Assembly (NCBI RefSeq): GCF_009914755.1
Contig: NC_060947.1
DNA length: 64,000 bases
Source: the human T2T-CHM13v2.0 reference genome, Homo sapiens
Strand: one strand, 5' to 3'
Shown: in pieces, positions 28,398 to 44,760 of the stretch
How positions within the stretch are numbered: the stretch's first letter is position 1
How the letters are laid out: the number at the start of each line of letters is the position of its first letter
Position numbers and translations under genes: made by a program
Notes under the pieces: model-generated
Told to the model about the DNA's origin: nothing
The model's database searches: none
Seen by the model: only the letters and a program-made list of their open reading frames with translations

Positions 28398-28911
28398 GTA
28401 TCATGAGTATTTTGAATTAAAGGTCCTTAAAGGTCAACAGACACTGGAAGACTTTCCCCTAAAACCAGACAGACTCTCCAAGGAGAACAATTGTTTTTTC
28501 TTCCCCTACCTGTTATCTCATTATCTATTGCAAAAAATAAGACTGAAGATTTAACTACACCTGAACTAACCCTTTCGCAAGATATCCGAAGAGAATCATT
28601 TACAAGTTAATCTCCGATCCCCATCCATTCATTCTTCCTAGTAATCATTTATTGCCCCTCAACAGAATTACCTATACTCCCCATCTCCCTCCTCCCCTCT
28701 GAAAAAAAAAAAAAAAAACACAACTAAATAAGTATCAGGGCCCAATGGGGATATTTGGTGTAATCACTCTGTGATTCTCCCCTGTACCTGTTAATGCATT
28801 TGTATGCCTTCTCTCCTATTAAATAAATTTGTATGCCTTCTCTGCCTTTTGTGAGTAGATTTTTCAGTGAACCTTCAGAGGGCAAAGGGGAAGTTTTCCC
28901 TTTGCCCCTAT
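28398..28911 (+). mobile_element. MER39/MER34-group ERV1 LTR
   Basis: The 3' end ttttcagtgaaccttcagagggcaaaggggaagttttccctttgccccta is typical of this group. Confidence 0.7.
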
Positions 28912-29999
28912 AACTGTTCCAACCAAGTCAGAAACTACATTATTTTAGAGTCACAAATTTTTTAAAACTTCAAAATCTATCAAAATGCTAATATAATATT
29001 TTTCATCTTCAATATCATGAGAGCACCAAAGAACAAGCCAATTTCTTTTTAAAATATTTATGAAAAAGTAAATTATAGAATTCTATTCAATTTTTAACTA
29101 TGTATAATATTTATGAGTCCACAAATTGCAAATGAAAAATATGAAAAAGGTAATAAAAGTGATTTGTTTCCAACAGGGAAACATGCATTCGAAAATTTGA
29201 ATCTGCTCTTGCAAAGTCGTATTCATCACATTTCCCCTGGGTGCCTAAATTGTTAGCATCATATTGATAGATTTTCAGTTAAAGAATGCCTCCTAAGGAT
29301 TGAATTTTCACAACTGAGTTTAATTTTGACAGTTTTAGCTGATATCCAAGAATCTAATTCTTAGCCAGACACAGAAAAAAATCTGCTTAAAATGACCCAG
29401 GAATATTTGTACAACCTGTCCAGTTCCAATATCCACCATTTATATCATTTGCATGACTTCAACTTAAATCTTTTGGCTTGTACTGTTCCTTCAACATGCA
29501 AACAGCAGGAGGAGAAAGGGAGCTGATAAATAATACATCCAAACATATTATAATTTCCAAGTGTTGAAAGGAAATTCATCTAAACGTTACAGCAGGTATA
29601 ATTTAAAAGTAATATTTTGTGTTTGAAAACACAAACAAGTATTCTGTGTAATGTGGTAGTGTTTGAATGTAAGTTCTGAATATTTAAAACTTTTCAAAAA
29701 CACAAATTCATATTTCAAAAACCTATTTCTATCCTAGCAAAGAGGAAAACAGGGTTCTTTCTAAAATCCAGGGTAAAATTATTTAAGTGCTATATCTGGA
29801 GAATATGACATTTTCATGAGCGACACACATAACATTTAAGTCAGTATGAGGCTATTGGATGATTCTAAAATAAGTAAGCTGAGTCTCAGACAGTACTCAG
29901 GTAGGAAACACCAAAGTTGCCTTCTCAATTAATCTCAGTCCTATTCATTTCAAACCTGTTTTTTCTCTTCAAGTTTCTTGCAGACTAGAATGTTGGTAT

Positions 30000-30127
30000 T
30001 TTGTTTTGTTTTAATTTTTGTAGGGACAGAGACTCCCTATGTTGCTCAGGCTGGTCTTGAACTCCTGGCTTCAAGTGATCCTCCCACCTTAGCCTCTGGA
30101 GTAGCTGAGATTACACCTTGCCAGGCC
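30000..30127 (-). mobile_element. FLAM Alu monomer
   Basis: Antisense left monomer; TSD agaatgttggt. Confidence 0.85.
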
Positions 30128-30689
30128 AGAATGTTGGTGTTTGATAAGTTACCAAAAGTAAGCATAGATGAGGGCAATACTCCTAATAAAAATAGATTTT
30201 TGGAGTGCTGAATAACAAATAATCACCTCTTTTAGTTATAAACCTGCCTCGAAAAAGATATGAATGTATTTGAAGTTTTGTCCCAAATATATATATATAA
30301 TTACATGTAAATTTATTTATAGATACATTTACATTCTACCCTTTTGCAATCTATTTTTAAGCCTGCAGTAGTAATTCGTATCATGACCTGGAACACTACT
30401 ACAGTTTTAACTAACATGAACATCCCCATAGCATTATTATTATCAGGAATGAAAAAATGGCAGATTATAGACCAAGCCCAACTCACTAATCTCCCCATCC
30501 CTACACAGAATGTCCTGGTATAAGTGGACTGATGGCTAAAACAGGAATTGTTAGTGTTTTCTAGAAATGAGGAATATATTGAGAACATCAAATATGCATT
30601 CACTGGCAAATCCATCCTCTTTCTGAGGGGGGAGTCCACTGATTTCCAGTGTCTTTTATTCTACATACTTGCTTTCTTCTCTCTCTCTG

Positions 30690-30830
30690 TTTTTTTAAAG
30701 AGATGGGGTCTTGCTATGTTGCGCAGGCTGAAGTGCAGTGGCTATTCACAGGCACAACCATAGTGCACTACAGCTTCGAACTCCTGGGCTCAAGCTGAGA
30801 GTACAGGCATGGGCCACTGTCCTTGACTCT
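30690..30830 (-). mobile_element. FAM-type fossil Alu monomer
   Basis: gtgcagtggctattcacaggcacaaccatagtgcactacagc is a 7SL-like FAM segment. Confidence 0.75.
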
Positions 30831-31175
30831 GCTTCCTTCTCCTCAAATTTCTTCAAGTGGCCCCAAATTACCACCTCTTCAGTTTGCAGGCCCTTCTGTT
30901 AAGTGAGTCTAGAAGGGGTGGCCACAAGGAATGTTTCAGATGTTGCTTCTGTATCTGGCCTGTCTCCTCCCTCAGTCATGAATTAGGATCAGCACTATTT
31001 CCTGTTTTTCCCTCAGAAGCAATTTGTCCCTTTTCACTGTCACACCCTACCAGGAAACATCCAGCTTTGCACCCCACTTCGTCAGAGAAATGAAATTGTG
31101 TGGTTTAATTAAGGCCAGGGCCAATGGATTAAGAGAAAAAAATTCTGGAAGATCAAGGCTCATTATGCAGCCTTG

Positions 31176-31303
31176 ATATACACACACACATATATATACA
31201 CACACATATATATAATTATGTAGCTCATTATATATAGTTATATATACACACACATATATATACACACATATATATAATTATGTAGCTCATTATATATAGT
31301 TAT
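31176..31303. repeat. Two-copy ~62-bp AT/CA-rich tandem duplication
   Basis: cacacatatatataattatgtagctcattatatatagttata occurs twice in tandem. Confidence 0.85.
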
Positions 31304-31305
31304 AG

Positions 31306-31732
<427 letters not shown>

Positions 31733-32855
31733 AGCTTTTATTTTCCTGAAAGGTAAATACAAAAGTATAAGTACAATTAAATTAAATATAAAACTAAAAG
31801 AACCCTAACTACATGGTTAATATAGTACCCTCCTATGTAAACGTAAAACTTCTAATCTTATTTTTAAAGAGGTGCTTTTAAATTCCTTAAAATATGAGTA
31901 ATAGAAATCCAACCAGCAGTAAAAGGTTTCAAACCGTAGAGAAAAAAGATTGCAATTGTACTAAGAAGGAGACCTACTTCCTGTGAAGGAACGTGCAAGG
32001 TGGCCAGCCCTGACTCAGCACAGATGGGACAATAATAGCTTCAATCAAATTCTTCTACTGCAGGATTATCCATTTCGTTAGGGATTTGGATTCCGAGAGA
32101 ACCGTGCATTTTTGCTCATTCTTATTCTCAAAATAATAATATCCTTTCCTTGAGCCAGTCAATTTTATTTAAAGTTCCCTATAGCTAAGACTGCTATAAG
32201 CTATAATATCTAGCAGAGTCTTTTGTATGTTGCAAAGAAATGTCAAAGTATATTACTTTTTATGGTGCAACTCCCATAATCTCCCCCTTTCTATCTCACT
32301 TTTATTTAAATTGTAGCAGGACAGAAAAAAAATGTTGAATTTCTCTATTACCCCTAGCCTATGACCCATGTCAAATTATTTTTATCTCAGTGAAAAATGT
32401 TTCCACAACACATATTTTTAATATATAATTTTACATAATGAAGTACGAATGACTATTCACGGTAAAACTTGAAAAAAAAAAGCATTGATGTTGCATTAAT
32501 TGCTTAAGCATCCTCCGTATAAACAATAGAATTATTTCTAATATTTGCTTGAATACACCATTTTTCTTGTGAAGAACCCACTAATGGAGTCAGCCAAGTA
32601 CATGCATACAGGGAAAAATTAATCTATGCCTGTCTTTATTATGATAATGGTATGCTTTTCTCTCAAGAAATTAAAGCCCATTGCATCCATCCTGAAACCC
32701 CCTTGTAATGGTGTTAGAAGATGTTATCCTTCATTAGTTATCAAAATGATAGTGTTTGTGAAAGTAAGCGATAAAGTACTATTCATATTTAAATTGGTGT
32801 CTTTGTTAGCTTAATGCTTACTTATATCTGAAGTCAAAATGAGACACCTGGAGGT

Positions 32856-33340
32856 TGTCCTAGTTTGGTTCCCCTCAGTATCCTTAGATACTGAGACTAG
32901 GATTTGGATACAGGGAGTAACCAGGGGAGGTGATCTCAGGCAGCCTAGTGAGGGACTGGGGAGCATTACACAGGCGAGGGAAGAAGTCACCAAAAAAGGG
33001 TGAATTACTGAGTAACTGTAACTGTAGAGAAAGGCAGCTCAGGAGAACCAGCCTGCTAATTGTCTCACTGAGGACAACGAAGCTGAGGTATTTAGCCACT
33101 GACTTCGGTCCTTCATTTGGTTAAGGGCTGCCCCTGGCGTTGATAAATCCCTGGCACTTCCTGGACACCCAGAGCACAGGCTAAGCCAGCTCTGAAGGTG
33201 CTAGAGAAAGCTGTTGGGCAGAGATGCAGAGAGACAAGGTCGGCTGCTTGAGGTGAGGAGCATCTGCAGGGCTCCCACGGTAGCTGCAAGTGGAATCCAG
33301 GGTCAAGGGCATGTAGGGCAGGGCATTTGTGGTGGGTGCT
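32856..33340 (-). mobile_element. LTR16-family ERVL LTR
   Basis: ctgagactaggatttggatacaggg...ggaggtgatctcagg...gggaagaagtcaccaaaaaagggtg resembles antisense LTR16. Confidence 0.65.
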
Positions 33341-33624
33341 AAGAAGTCAGCCACCATGTACAGCTCAGAAGCAAAGCCAAGAGCAGACTTCTGGGATCTG
33401 ATTTGTGCAGTCTATCTCGGGCCCAGGTCTAACATAAGCAGTTTGCACGAGTGCAAACTGTTTGCCCAGGATGCTGGGTGAAATTACCTTGAGTTCCTCT
33501 AATACTGTGTGTTGGTGCCACAATTTGCTATTTTTAGATGTCAGGATTGAAGTGCTGTTCAGCCTCTGCTATGTTTTATGAAATTTATTGATACGGCTTG
33601 AGAGGCAGCACATCCTAGTATGAT

Positions 33625-33785
33625 TTGTTCTAACCTTGGGTTTTCATTAGAATCATCCAAAAGTCTTTGAAGGAAAATTCTAATGCCTGGGTCACATTCA
33701 TTTAAAGTAGGATCTCTAGGAGTGGGGCCAAAGTCTTGGTTGTGTGTGTTTTAACCCTTCAGATGGTTCTTATGTGCAGCCATTA
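33625..33785. mobile_element. MER5-type DNA transposon fragment
   Basis: ttctaaccttgggttttcattagaatca...tctctaggagtggggcc...gttcttatgtgcagcca. Confidence 0.65.
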
Positions 33786-33829
33786 CTGAAATGGCTGCAC
33801 ATAAGAATGAAGATAACAAAGAAAGCATA

Positions 33830-34040
33830 GCTTTGGAACAACCTTGAAATCAGATGGCCTTGAGTGTAGATTTCCAACTTTCTATGAGTAGCATACGTTC
33901 TCTGGGGCTCAGTTTCCTTATTTGTAAAGCAGGGATACTATATCTAGGTCACAGACTTATTTGAGAATTAAATGAATGCCAAAAAAAGTTACTCTCGTGC
34001 CAGGCACACAGCTGGTGCCTAATAAATGTCAGCTCTCACC
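33830..34040 (+). mobile_element. MIR
   Basis: ctcagtttccttatttgtaaagcagggata...gagaattaaatga...gtgccaggcacacag...aataaatg. Confidence 0.8.
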
Positions 34041-34799
34041 TTCCCAGCATCGGCCAACTTGCTCAGAAAAGTGCTACTGTGTCTCTGTATTTTGGAAAAT
34101 GAAAATTAAGTTTTCACATGTAGATGGAAAGGATGGAGCTGTAAGAACAAATGGAGGAGGGCAGGATAGGATTGTTACTCTGGTAGGAGTTAATGAAAGA
34201 GAACAAGAGAAAAAACAACTAGTTGAAAATGAAAACAAGAAAACCACTAACTGGATGAAATACAACTGGGCAAAGGCTTCATCTGGAATGAATTTAGGTT
34301 GGCATGACAGTCAGTCACCGTCAGGGATTAGTGGATACTGTGAAGTCAGGCTTTACCCTCATGGAGTATCTATATGGAGTTTAGGTCCCAATGGAAATAC
34401 CTTCAAGTGCAGGTAAAATATTTACAGGGAGCTTTTACAACACTCTGTGTTAGGCTAAGTACCCTCCTCTGGGTTTATTAGACTACCTTTCAATTAGCAT
34501 TTAATATTATATTTAAAGTAACTATGTATTGACTAGTAGATCGTGAGTTTCTTTTGGGAAGAACTGTGTTTATTCATCAACAATATGTCTGGTACACAAG
34601 TAGAAGTTCATCAATTATCAACCTAAGCCAAAACAGAGGCTGGGTCATTGTGGTAGACCTTGAGGTTGCCTCTGCCAGCAAGTGGTGGCCTTAATCCCTT
34701 CCTCTTCATTTTATGAATGCTAAATTTGTCCAATTAGAGGAGATTTCAGGGGAAACAAAATTCTACACCCATTTTGCTTCCATAAAGAATGTGAGTCCT

Positions 34800-35900
34800 A
34801 CTGTTAGGGTGGCTTTTGTCAAAAAGATAAGAGGTAGCAAGTGTTGGTGAGGGTGTGGAGAAAAAGAGACCCTTGTACACTGTTGGTGGGAATGTAGATT
34901 GGTACAGCCACTGTGGAAAACAGTATGGAGATTCCTAAAGAAATTAAAACTATAACTACCATATGACCCAGTGAACTCTCTTCTGGGCATATGCTCAAAG
35001 GAAATGAAATCAGCACCTTGTAAAGATATCTGCACTCCCATGTTTATTCCAGCATTATTCCCAATAGCCAAGATATGGAAACAACCTCAGTGTCCATCAA
35101 CAGATGACTGGATAAAGAAAATGTGGTATATATATACAATGGAGTATTATTCAGCCTTATAAAAGGAGATTCTGCCATTTTCCACAACACGGATGAACCC
35201 AGAGGACATTATGCTAAGTGCAGTAAGCTATGCTCAGAAAGAAAAATATCACACGATCTCACTTATATGTAGAATCTTTTTTTTTTTTTTAAAAAGAGGA
35301 ATTCATAGAAACAGAGTAGAAGAGTGGTTACCACATGTGGGGGAAATGAGAAGATGTAGGTTAAAAAGTACACAGTTACAGTTATGTAGGATAAATAGGT
35401 CTAGAGATTTAATGTACAACATGAGGACTATAGTTAATAACCTTGTATTGTGTACTGGAAATTTGCCAAAAGGGTAGATTTTAGGTGCTCTTGCCATCAA
35501 AAAAGAAAAGAGAAAATGAAAGGAAGAAAAGTAACTATATGACAATTTACTTGACTGTAGTAATCACTTCACTATATATATCAAAACATCATGTTGTAAC
35601 AGTTAGATGAAGAAATAAGATCTAGTGTTAGGCAGCACAGTAGGGTGCCTATAGTTAACAATAATGTATTGTATATTTCAAAATAACTAGAAGAATAGAT
35701 TTGGAATGTTACCAACACAAAGAAATGATAAAGGCTTAAGGTGATGGATACCCCAATTACCCAGATTCGATCGTTACCCATTGTATGCTTGTATCAAAAT
35801 GTCACGTGTACCCCATAAATATGTACAACTATTACGTATCTGAAAAAATTAAAAATAGAAAATCATGTTGTACAACTTAAACGTATAAAATAAAAAAATT
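34800..35900 (+). mobile_element. L1MA-type 3' fragment with a second L1 3' end nested at 35599-35860
   Basis: ORF2p C-terminal similarity ([44 protein letters not shown]); the nested piece is flanked by an atcatgttgta repeat. Confidence 0.85.
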
Positions 35901-36727
35901 TAAAGCATGCTAGTCTTTAGTAGACAGTATTACATGGGAAGGCAGAGAAAAGAGTCACAGATAAATGGAGGCAGGGCCCCTACTACTGGACTTTATCAGT
36001 TATGTGAGCCAATTTTGGTTAAGTTTTCTGTACCTCACAATCCAAAGTTCCCACGTGGATATGGTTATATATAGTCATATGTTACACAAAAGTATAGTGA
36101 ATGCATTCACTTTAGATAAGCAGGATGATGATTAAATTTCTGAGCATCAATAGTTGCATTAGTTGGAATTTTCTGAAGCAGATGACAAAGCAAAGAAAAA
36201 GGACATTAAGTAAAAAGGGATTTATTGGAAGGATCTTGGGATAACTTATGTGTCTGTCTCAGCAGGACAGTGATGTGGAAAGATGCCCATAGACACAATT
36301 AAAGGAATATGTTTTCTGTGATAGCAAAAGATACAGAAATTTAACTGTACCCAACAGCCTCACAAAGCAGGAGATGATGCAGCTTGCATCCTGGATTATT
36401 CAGAGATCTCTTTAAGGAAGGTGAGCACAGATTGAGAATTTTGCTGCCTGGGATAAGCTCTCACCTTCCTCTTCTCTTGGGATCTTTCTACTCTCTTAGC
36501 TCCTTCAATGATACCAAAGAGCCTGGCCACCCGCTTGCCTACTCACCAGGTTTAAAAAATAGAAGCAAAACAATGCCTAGCACATTTTTCCTGTTTACCA
36601 CAAGACTGATGACATCAAAGGTTAATTTAAGATCAGTACACTTGCTTTTGCCTGTAGTATCAGCTACTCGGGAGGCAGAGGTGGAAGGACTGTTTGAGCC
36701 CAGGACGTTGAGATTGCGGTGAACTAT

Positions 36728-37149
36728 TGTATTAGTTTGTTCTTGCATTGCTATAAAGAAATACCTGAGACTGGGCCATTTGTAAAGAAAGGAGGTTTAA
36801 TTGGCTCATGGTTCCGCAGGCTGTACAGGAAGCATGATTCTGGCATCTGTTTGGCTTCTGGGGAGGTCTCAGGAAACTTATAATCATGGCAGAAGGAGAA
36901 GGGGAGCTGACACTTCACATGGCTGGGAGCAGGAGGAAAAGAGAGATGGGGGAGGTGCCACACACTTGTAAACAACCAGATCTGACAAGAACTCACTATT
37001 GCCAAGACAGCACCAAGGGGGATGGTGTTAAACCATGAGAAACCACCCCCGTGATCCAATCACCACCCACCAGGCCCCACCTCCAACACTGGGGATTACA
37101 ATTCAACATGAGATTTGGATAGGGACAAACACACATCCAAACCATTTCA
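36728..37149 (-). mobile_element. MSTA/B solo LTR
   Basis: tgtattagtttgttcttgcattgctataaagaaatacctgagactggg...aaaccatttca; TSD actat/gctat. Confidence 0.9.
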
Positions 37150-37199
37150 GCTATCATTGCACCACTGCACTACAGCCCAGGCAACAGAATGAGACCCCG

Positions 37200-37610
37200 T
37201 GTATTAGTCTGTTCTCGAATTGCTATAAAGAAATATTTGAGAATGGGTAATTTGTAAAGAAAAGAGGTTTAATTGGCTCATGGTTCTGTAGGCTGTGCAG
37301 GAAGCATAGCGGCTTCCACTTTTAGGGGGGCCTCAGGAAGCTTCCAATCATGGTGAAAGGCAAAGGGGGAGTGAGCCATCTTGCATGGTGGCAGCAGGAA
37401 GGAGAGCGAGAGGGGGAGGCGCCACACACTTTTAAACAAGCAGATTTCATCAGAACTCTACCACAAGACAGCACCAAGGGGATGGTACTAAACGATTCAT
37501 GAAGGATTCACCCCCATGATCCAGTCACCTCCCACCAGGCCCCGCCTCCAACACTGGGGTTTACAATTTGACATGAAATTTGGGTTGGGACACAGATCCA
37601 AACCATATCA
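37200..37610 (-). mobile_element. MSTA/B solo LTR
   Basis: tgtattagtctgttctc...cacagatccaaaccatatca; TSD ccccg/ccctg. Confidence 0.9.
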
Positions 37611-38329
37611 CCCTGCCTCTTAAAAAAAAGGTTAATTTACCACCAGTTTCTGGGTCTGAGCCTTCAGGCCTGCCTGAAGTCCATTCCAGGCTCCCAGAAT
37701 AAAGGATAGGCTCAACAAACTGAGTCTTGAGGAAGCAAGAAACAAGGCCACCTTGGGAACCTCAGGGACAAGATGGGGATCCTCCTGTCATCAAGAGTCT
37801 GCTTGTCTCCTGTCTCTGCTTCTCTTTGCAGGTTTCAACTAAAATGTTGAAACCTTGGTTGTTATGCAGCACCAAGGGCTCACATTCTCCCAGCATAAAC
37901 ACCTGAAAAGAAATGATTCTCTTAACATCCGGGGCAGGCCTCTGACAGAGCAGGCTTGGGTCATGCATTGTCTCTTATGAATTGGGTTAAAGTGGGGGTG
38001 GGAAGTGGAGGAGTGGTAATGAGGGTTGGGGAACGGGTATTATGATTAGCTGCCATTAAAACCACACAGTTGGAGCAGTGAGGACACGTCCTCCAAAAGA
38101 AAGAGTGAGTCCTTCTCAGAAAATGGGGTAGTAGCTATGTAAAATAAGTAGTACCACAACAGTAAGTAGTAAACCTTCAAAATCCAAATAACCTTCACCA
38201 CTGACACCACTCACCCTGTTCAGGAAGAGATGTCATCCCTCAGCAACTCATTTATTTAAAAATGGTGGCTGACAGGGTTGTTTTTCTAATCATGTTCATG
38301 ACAAATATTGCTCTGCTCCTGTCCCTTCA

Positions 38330-38808
<479 letters not shown>

Positions 38809-38968
38809 CTATGAAATGTCTAGAAGAGGCAAGTTCACAGAGACAGGAGGTAGATTCATGGTTGCCAGAAGTTGGGGATCTAGGAGACCAGGGGGCAGGG
38901 GTGTGATAGCTAAAGGATATGGTGTTTCTTTTTGAGGAGATGAAAATATTCTAAAATTGTGGTGATGC

Positions 38969-39337
38969 TTGCTTAGTCTGTTTGTGTTGCTATAACAGAA
39001 TACCACAGACTGGCTAAGTTATAAATAACATAAATTAATTTTCTCACAGTTCTGGAGGTGGGGAAGTCCAAGATCAAGGTGCCAGCAGGTTCAGTTGTCT
39101 GGTGAGAGCTTCATCCTCCAGAGGAGAGGATCGCTGTGTCTTCATATGGGGGAAGGCAGAAGGGCAAGAGAGCCAAAGGCTCCATGAAGCCTGTTTTACA
39201 AGGGTCTTAATCCCATTCATGAAGGAGGACCCCTCAGGGCCTAATCACCACTTAGAGGTCCCACCAGGTAATCCTATCACATTGCCCATTAAGTTTCAAC
39301 ACCTGAATTTTGGAGGGGATACAATCAAACCATAGCA
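38969..39337 (-). mobile_element. MSTC/MLT1A-type LTR inside an L1M 3' end (38790-39440)
   Basis: ttagtctgtttgtgttgctataacagaataccacagactgg...caaaccatagca, flanked by L1M 3'UTR sequence. Confidence 0.8.
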
Positions 39338-39574
39338 ACTGTACAACTTAGTGGATATACTAAAAACCATTGAACTGTACACTTTACATGGATGAATTGC
39401 AGGATATGTGAATTATCTCTCAAAAAAGCTGTTAAAAAAAGGATAGCGGGCTGAATGGTTTCCTTGAAAAGAAGCTTAGAAACTGGAAAAAATAAGAAAG
39501 GCAGACAAATATCCGTTCAGCAAACCAGACATAAAACTGAAGACAGTGGGAACAGGGTCATTTTTTTTGACTCA

Positions 39575-39710
39575 GAGCTATTCCAAGTGTGAGCCCCTCA
39601 TCAGCAGCTGTGTCTCCTGGGAGCCTGTTAGAAAAGCAAATTCTTGAGTCTTACCCCAAACTGCTAAATCAGGATCTCCGGGTATCAATAAAGTTTAGGA
39701 AGCACTAATT
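39575..39710. mobile_element. MER5A fragment
   Basis: cctgggagcctgttagaaaagcaaattctt...aagtttaggaagcact. Confidence 0.65.
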
Positions 39711-39790
39711 TAACTCATTGTTGTTTTTAATAAACAATAACTCCTTCCCTAACATTGTGCAAGGGATTGTTGGAAGTGCTCTTCAGCAGC

Positions 39791-39884
39791 TTAACCAGAC
39801 TGCTTAACTTAATCAGTTAACTGGTTAACCACTTAACCAGTTAATCGGTTAACCAGTTAACCAGTTAATCAGTTAACCAGACTG
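39791..39884. repeat. 8-bp-period palindromic tandem array, TTAA+(CCAG/CTGG/TCAG/TCGG/CCAC)
   Basis: Nine contiguous 8-mers at 39809-39880; ttaaccagactg occurs at both ends. Confidence 0.92.
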
Positions 39885-41140
39885 ATGTACCTTGAAGCTG
39901 CAAGTATTTCCTACATGACCTGCAGGAAAGATCCTGCTATCATTTTTCTCCAACGAAGATGCTGAAATTGGTGTGAATGCAATGAAAAGCTGAGATGCAG
40001 GTGGAAATTCATAGATAGTTTTGTCATCTTGAAAGCCAATTATTTGCTCCAATGCCACATTTCCAGATCCAAGGTTTGGGGACACATTTATCTCTAGTGA
40101 TCATGTAAAGCATTGTAACTGTAGCACACATTTTAGAAATAAAAAGAAAGAACAAGAAAAACAATCTTAAGGTTGCTGTATTCAGAAATTATCTTCCTCG
40201 AGCCCTGTACACAGCTTGGTTGGTTAGTCGTCTTCACTGAAATTGCACTGTCACCATCAACTTAACCTTTTAGTTGGGAAAATAAATGTTGACCTTGGTA
40301 AGTGACTATTAGGAAGGAAACTTAATAAATCTGTGGCAACATCACTAGCAGCACAATCTATGCTGGCAGTGCTGGCCAAAACCATTATGCAGTTTTTCTA
40401 ATTTCAATTGAAAGAGAATGTTTCGTTTGGTACGGAATTGCAAATGTGTGGTTCGGTGGATGAAAGAGCCACCCAGCAGTGACTCAAGCTGATATTCTTG
40501 TAGCTACAGTAAAATGGCATACTTTAAAAAATGATGATGATAACTGTTAATAAAATTGTAATATTTTACGATGAAGCTTTATGTACAGATGTTCATTCTA
40601 GGATGAATATTTGGTTCTGGCCTTGGCTTGGGCCATTGGGCATGTAGCTAAAATGTGCATTTTTTGCACTCCTGGTTTACAATGGACAAAACTTAAAATT
40701 AACATTGGATACGCAGGTTCTTAAAACAATTCTTTGGCCCCTTCTGCAACTCAGCAGCAGCTTCTTGTTTCCTTGTTCAGGTCTCTCTCTTTGCTGCTGC
40801 TTCTCTGGTTTGTCTCTCTCAGGAGCCAAACACAAATTCCTTCCCTTTTCTTAAGGAGCAATTTGTCCCTCTGTCACCTCAGCTAGGGCCTTTCCCCGAC
40901 CCCGGCAACCGCCCCATAACTAAGGCCTATACTAAGTACTGAATCCTAGAGGAACACCTTCCTCAGACACTTTCAGAAACAAAAGTTTATATTGGCAAAT
41001 GTGTATAGTATACGTAATATACATGCAAACAATATAAGATACTGATATTAAACTAAATAAAAATTTCCAATGGGCGGAAATGAGGGATGTATAGGAACTC
41101 TCCATACTATGTTTTACATATATAAATAAATATACTAGCA

Positions 41141-41575
41141 TTTTTATTTTTTATTTTTTATTTTTTTTTTATTATACTTTAAGTTCTAGGGTACATGTGC
41201 ACAATGTGCAGGTTTGTTACATATGTATACATGTGTCATGTTGGTGTGCTGCACCCATTAACTCGTCATTTACATTAGGTATATCTCCTAATGCTATCCC
41301 TCCTCACTTTCCCCACCCCACAACAGGCCCCCGTGTGTGATGTTCCCCTTCTTGTGTCCAAGTGTTCTCATTGTTCAATTCCCACCTATGAGTGAGAACA
41401 TGCAGTGTTTGGTTTTTTGTTCTTGCGATAGTTTGCTGAGAATGATGGTTTTCAGCTTCATCCATGTCCCTACAAAGGACATGACCTCATCCTTTTTTAT
41501 GGCTGCATAGTATTCCATGGTGTATATGTACCACATTTTCTTAATCCAGTCTATCATTGATGGACATTTGGGTTT
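41141..41575 (-). mobile_element. 5'-truncated L1PA 3' end
   Basis: Poly(T) followed by ttatactttaagttctagggtacatgtgcacaatgtgcagg...; ORF 41375-41590 matches the ORF2p C-terminus; no clear TSD. Confidence 0.95.
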
Positions 41576-41670
41576 GGCTATTACTGTCATTATAATTTTT
41601 GATATTCAAGTTGTCCCATATTTTTGCCAGTGAGAACACTTCCAGATTGGCTTCTGTGTTTTTTTTTTAA

Positions 41671-43002
<1,332 letters not shown>

Positions 43003-43073
43003 CTCTCTATACTATCTTTACAATTTTATCACAAATCTAAAATTATTCCAAAATATTTTTTAAAGTTTATTTA

Positions 43074-44760
<1,687 letters not shown>

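Larger units (their letters stand above)
36630..37626 (+). mobile_element. Old Alu monomer (FRAM/FAM-like) split by two MST LTRs
   Basis: Pieces 36630-36727, 37150-37199 and 37611-37626 join into one Alu right-arm sequence; 13-bp TSD aaaggttaattta at 36617-36629 and 37627-37639. Confidence 0.85.

Noticed and set aside
33976-34416. 146-aa ATG ORF
   Set aside because: It begins inside a MIR, has no recognisable domain and shows no exon structure; probably chance.
36728-37610. Two MST LTRs as one internally deleted provirus
   Set aside because: The spacer is Alu sequence and each LTR has its own TSD.
39791-39884. Short repeat array as CRISPR-like or telomeric repeat
   Set aside because: There are no unique spacers, the context is eukaryotic, and the unit is not TTAGGG.
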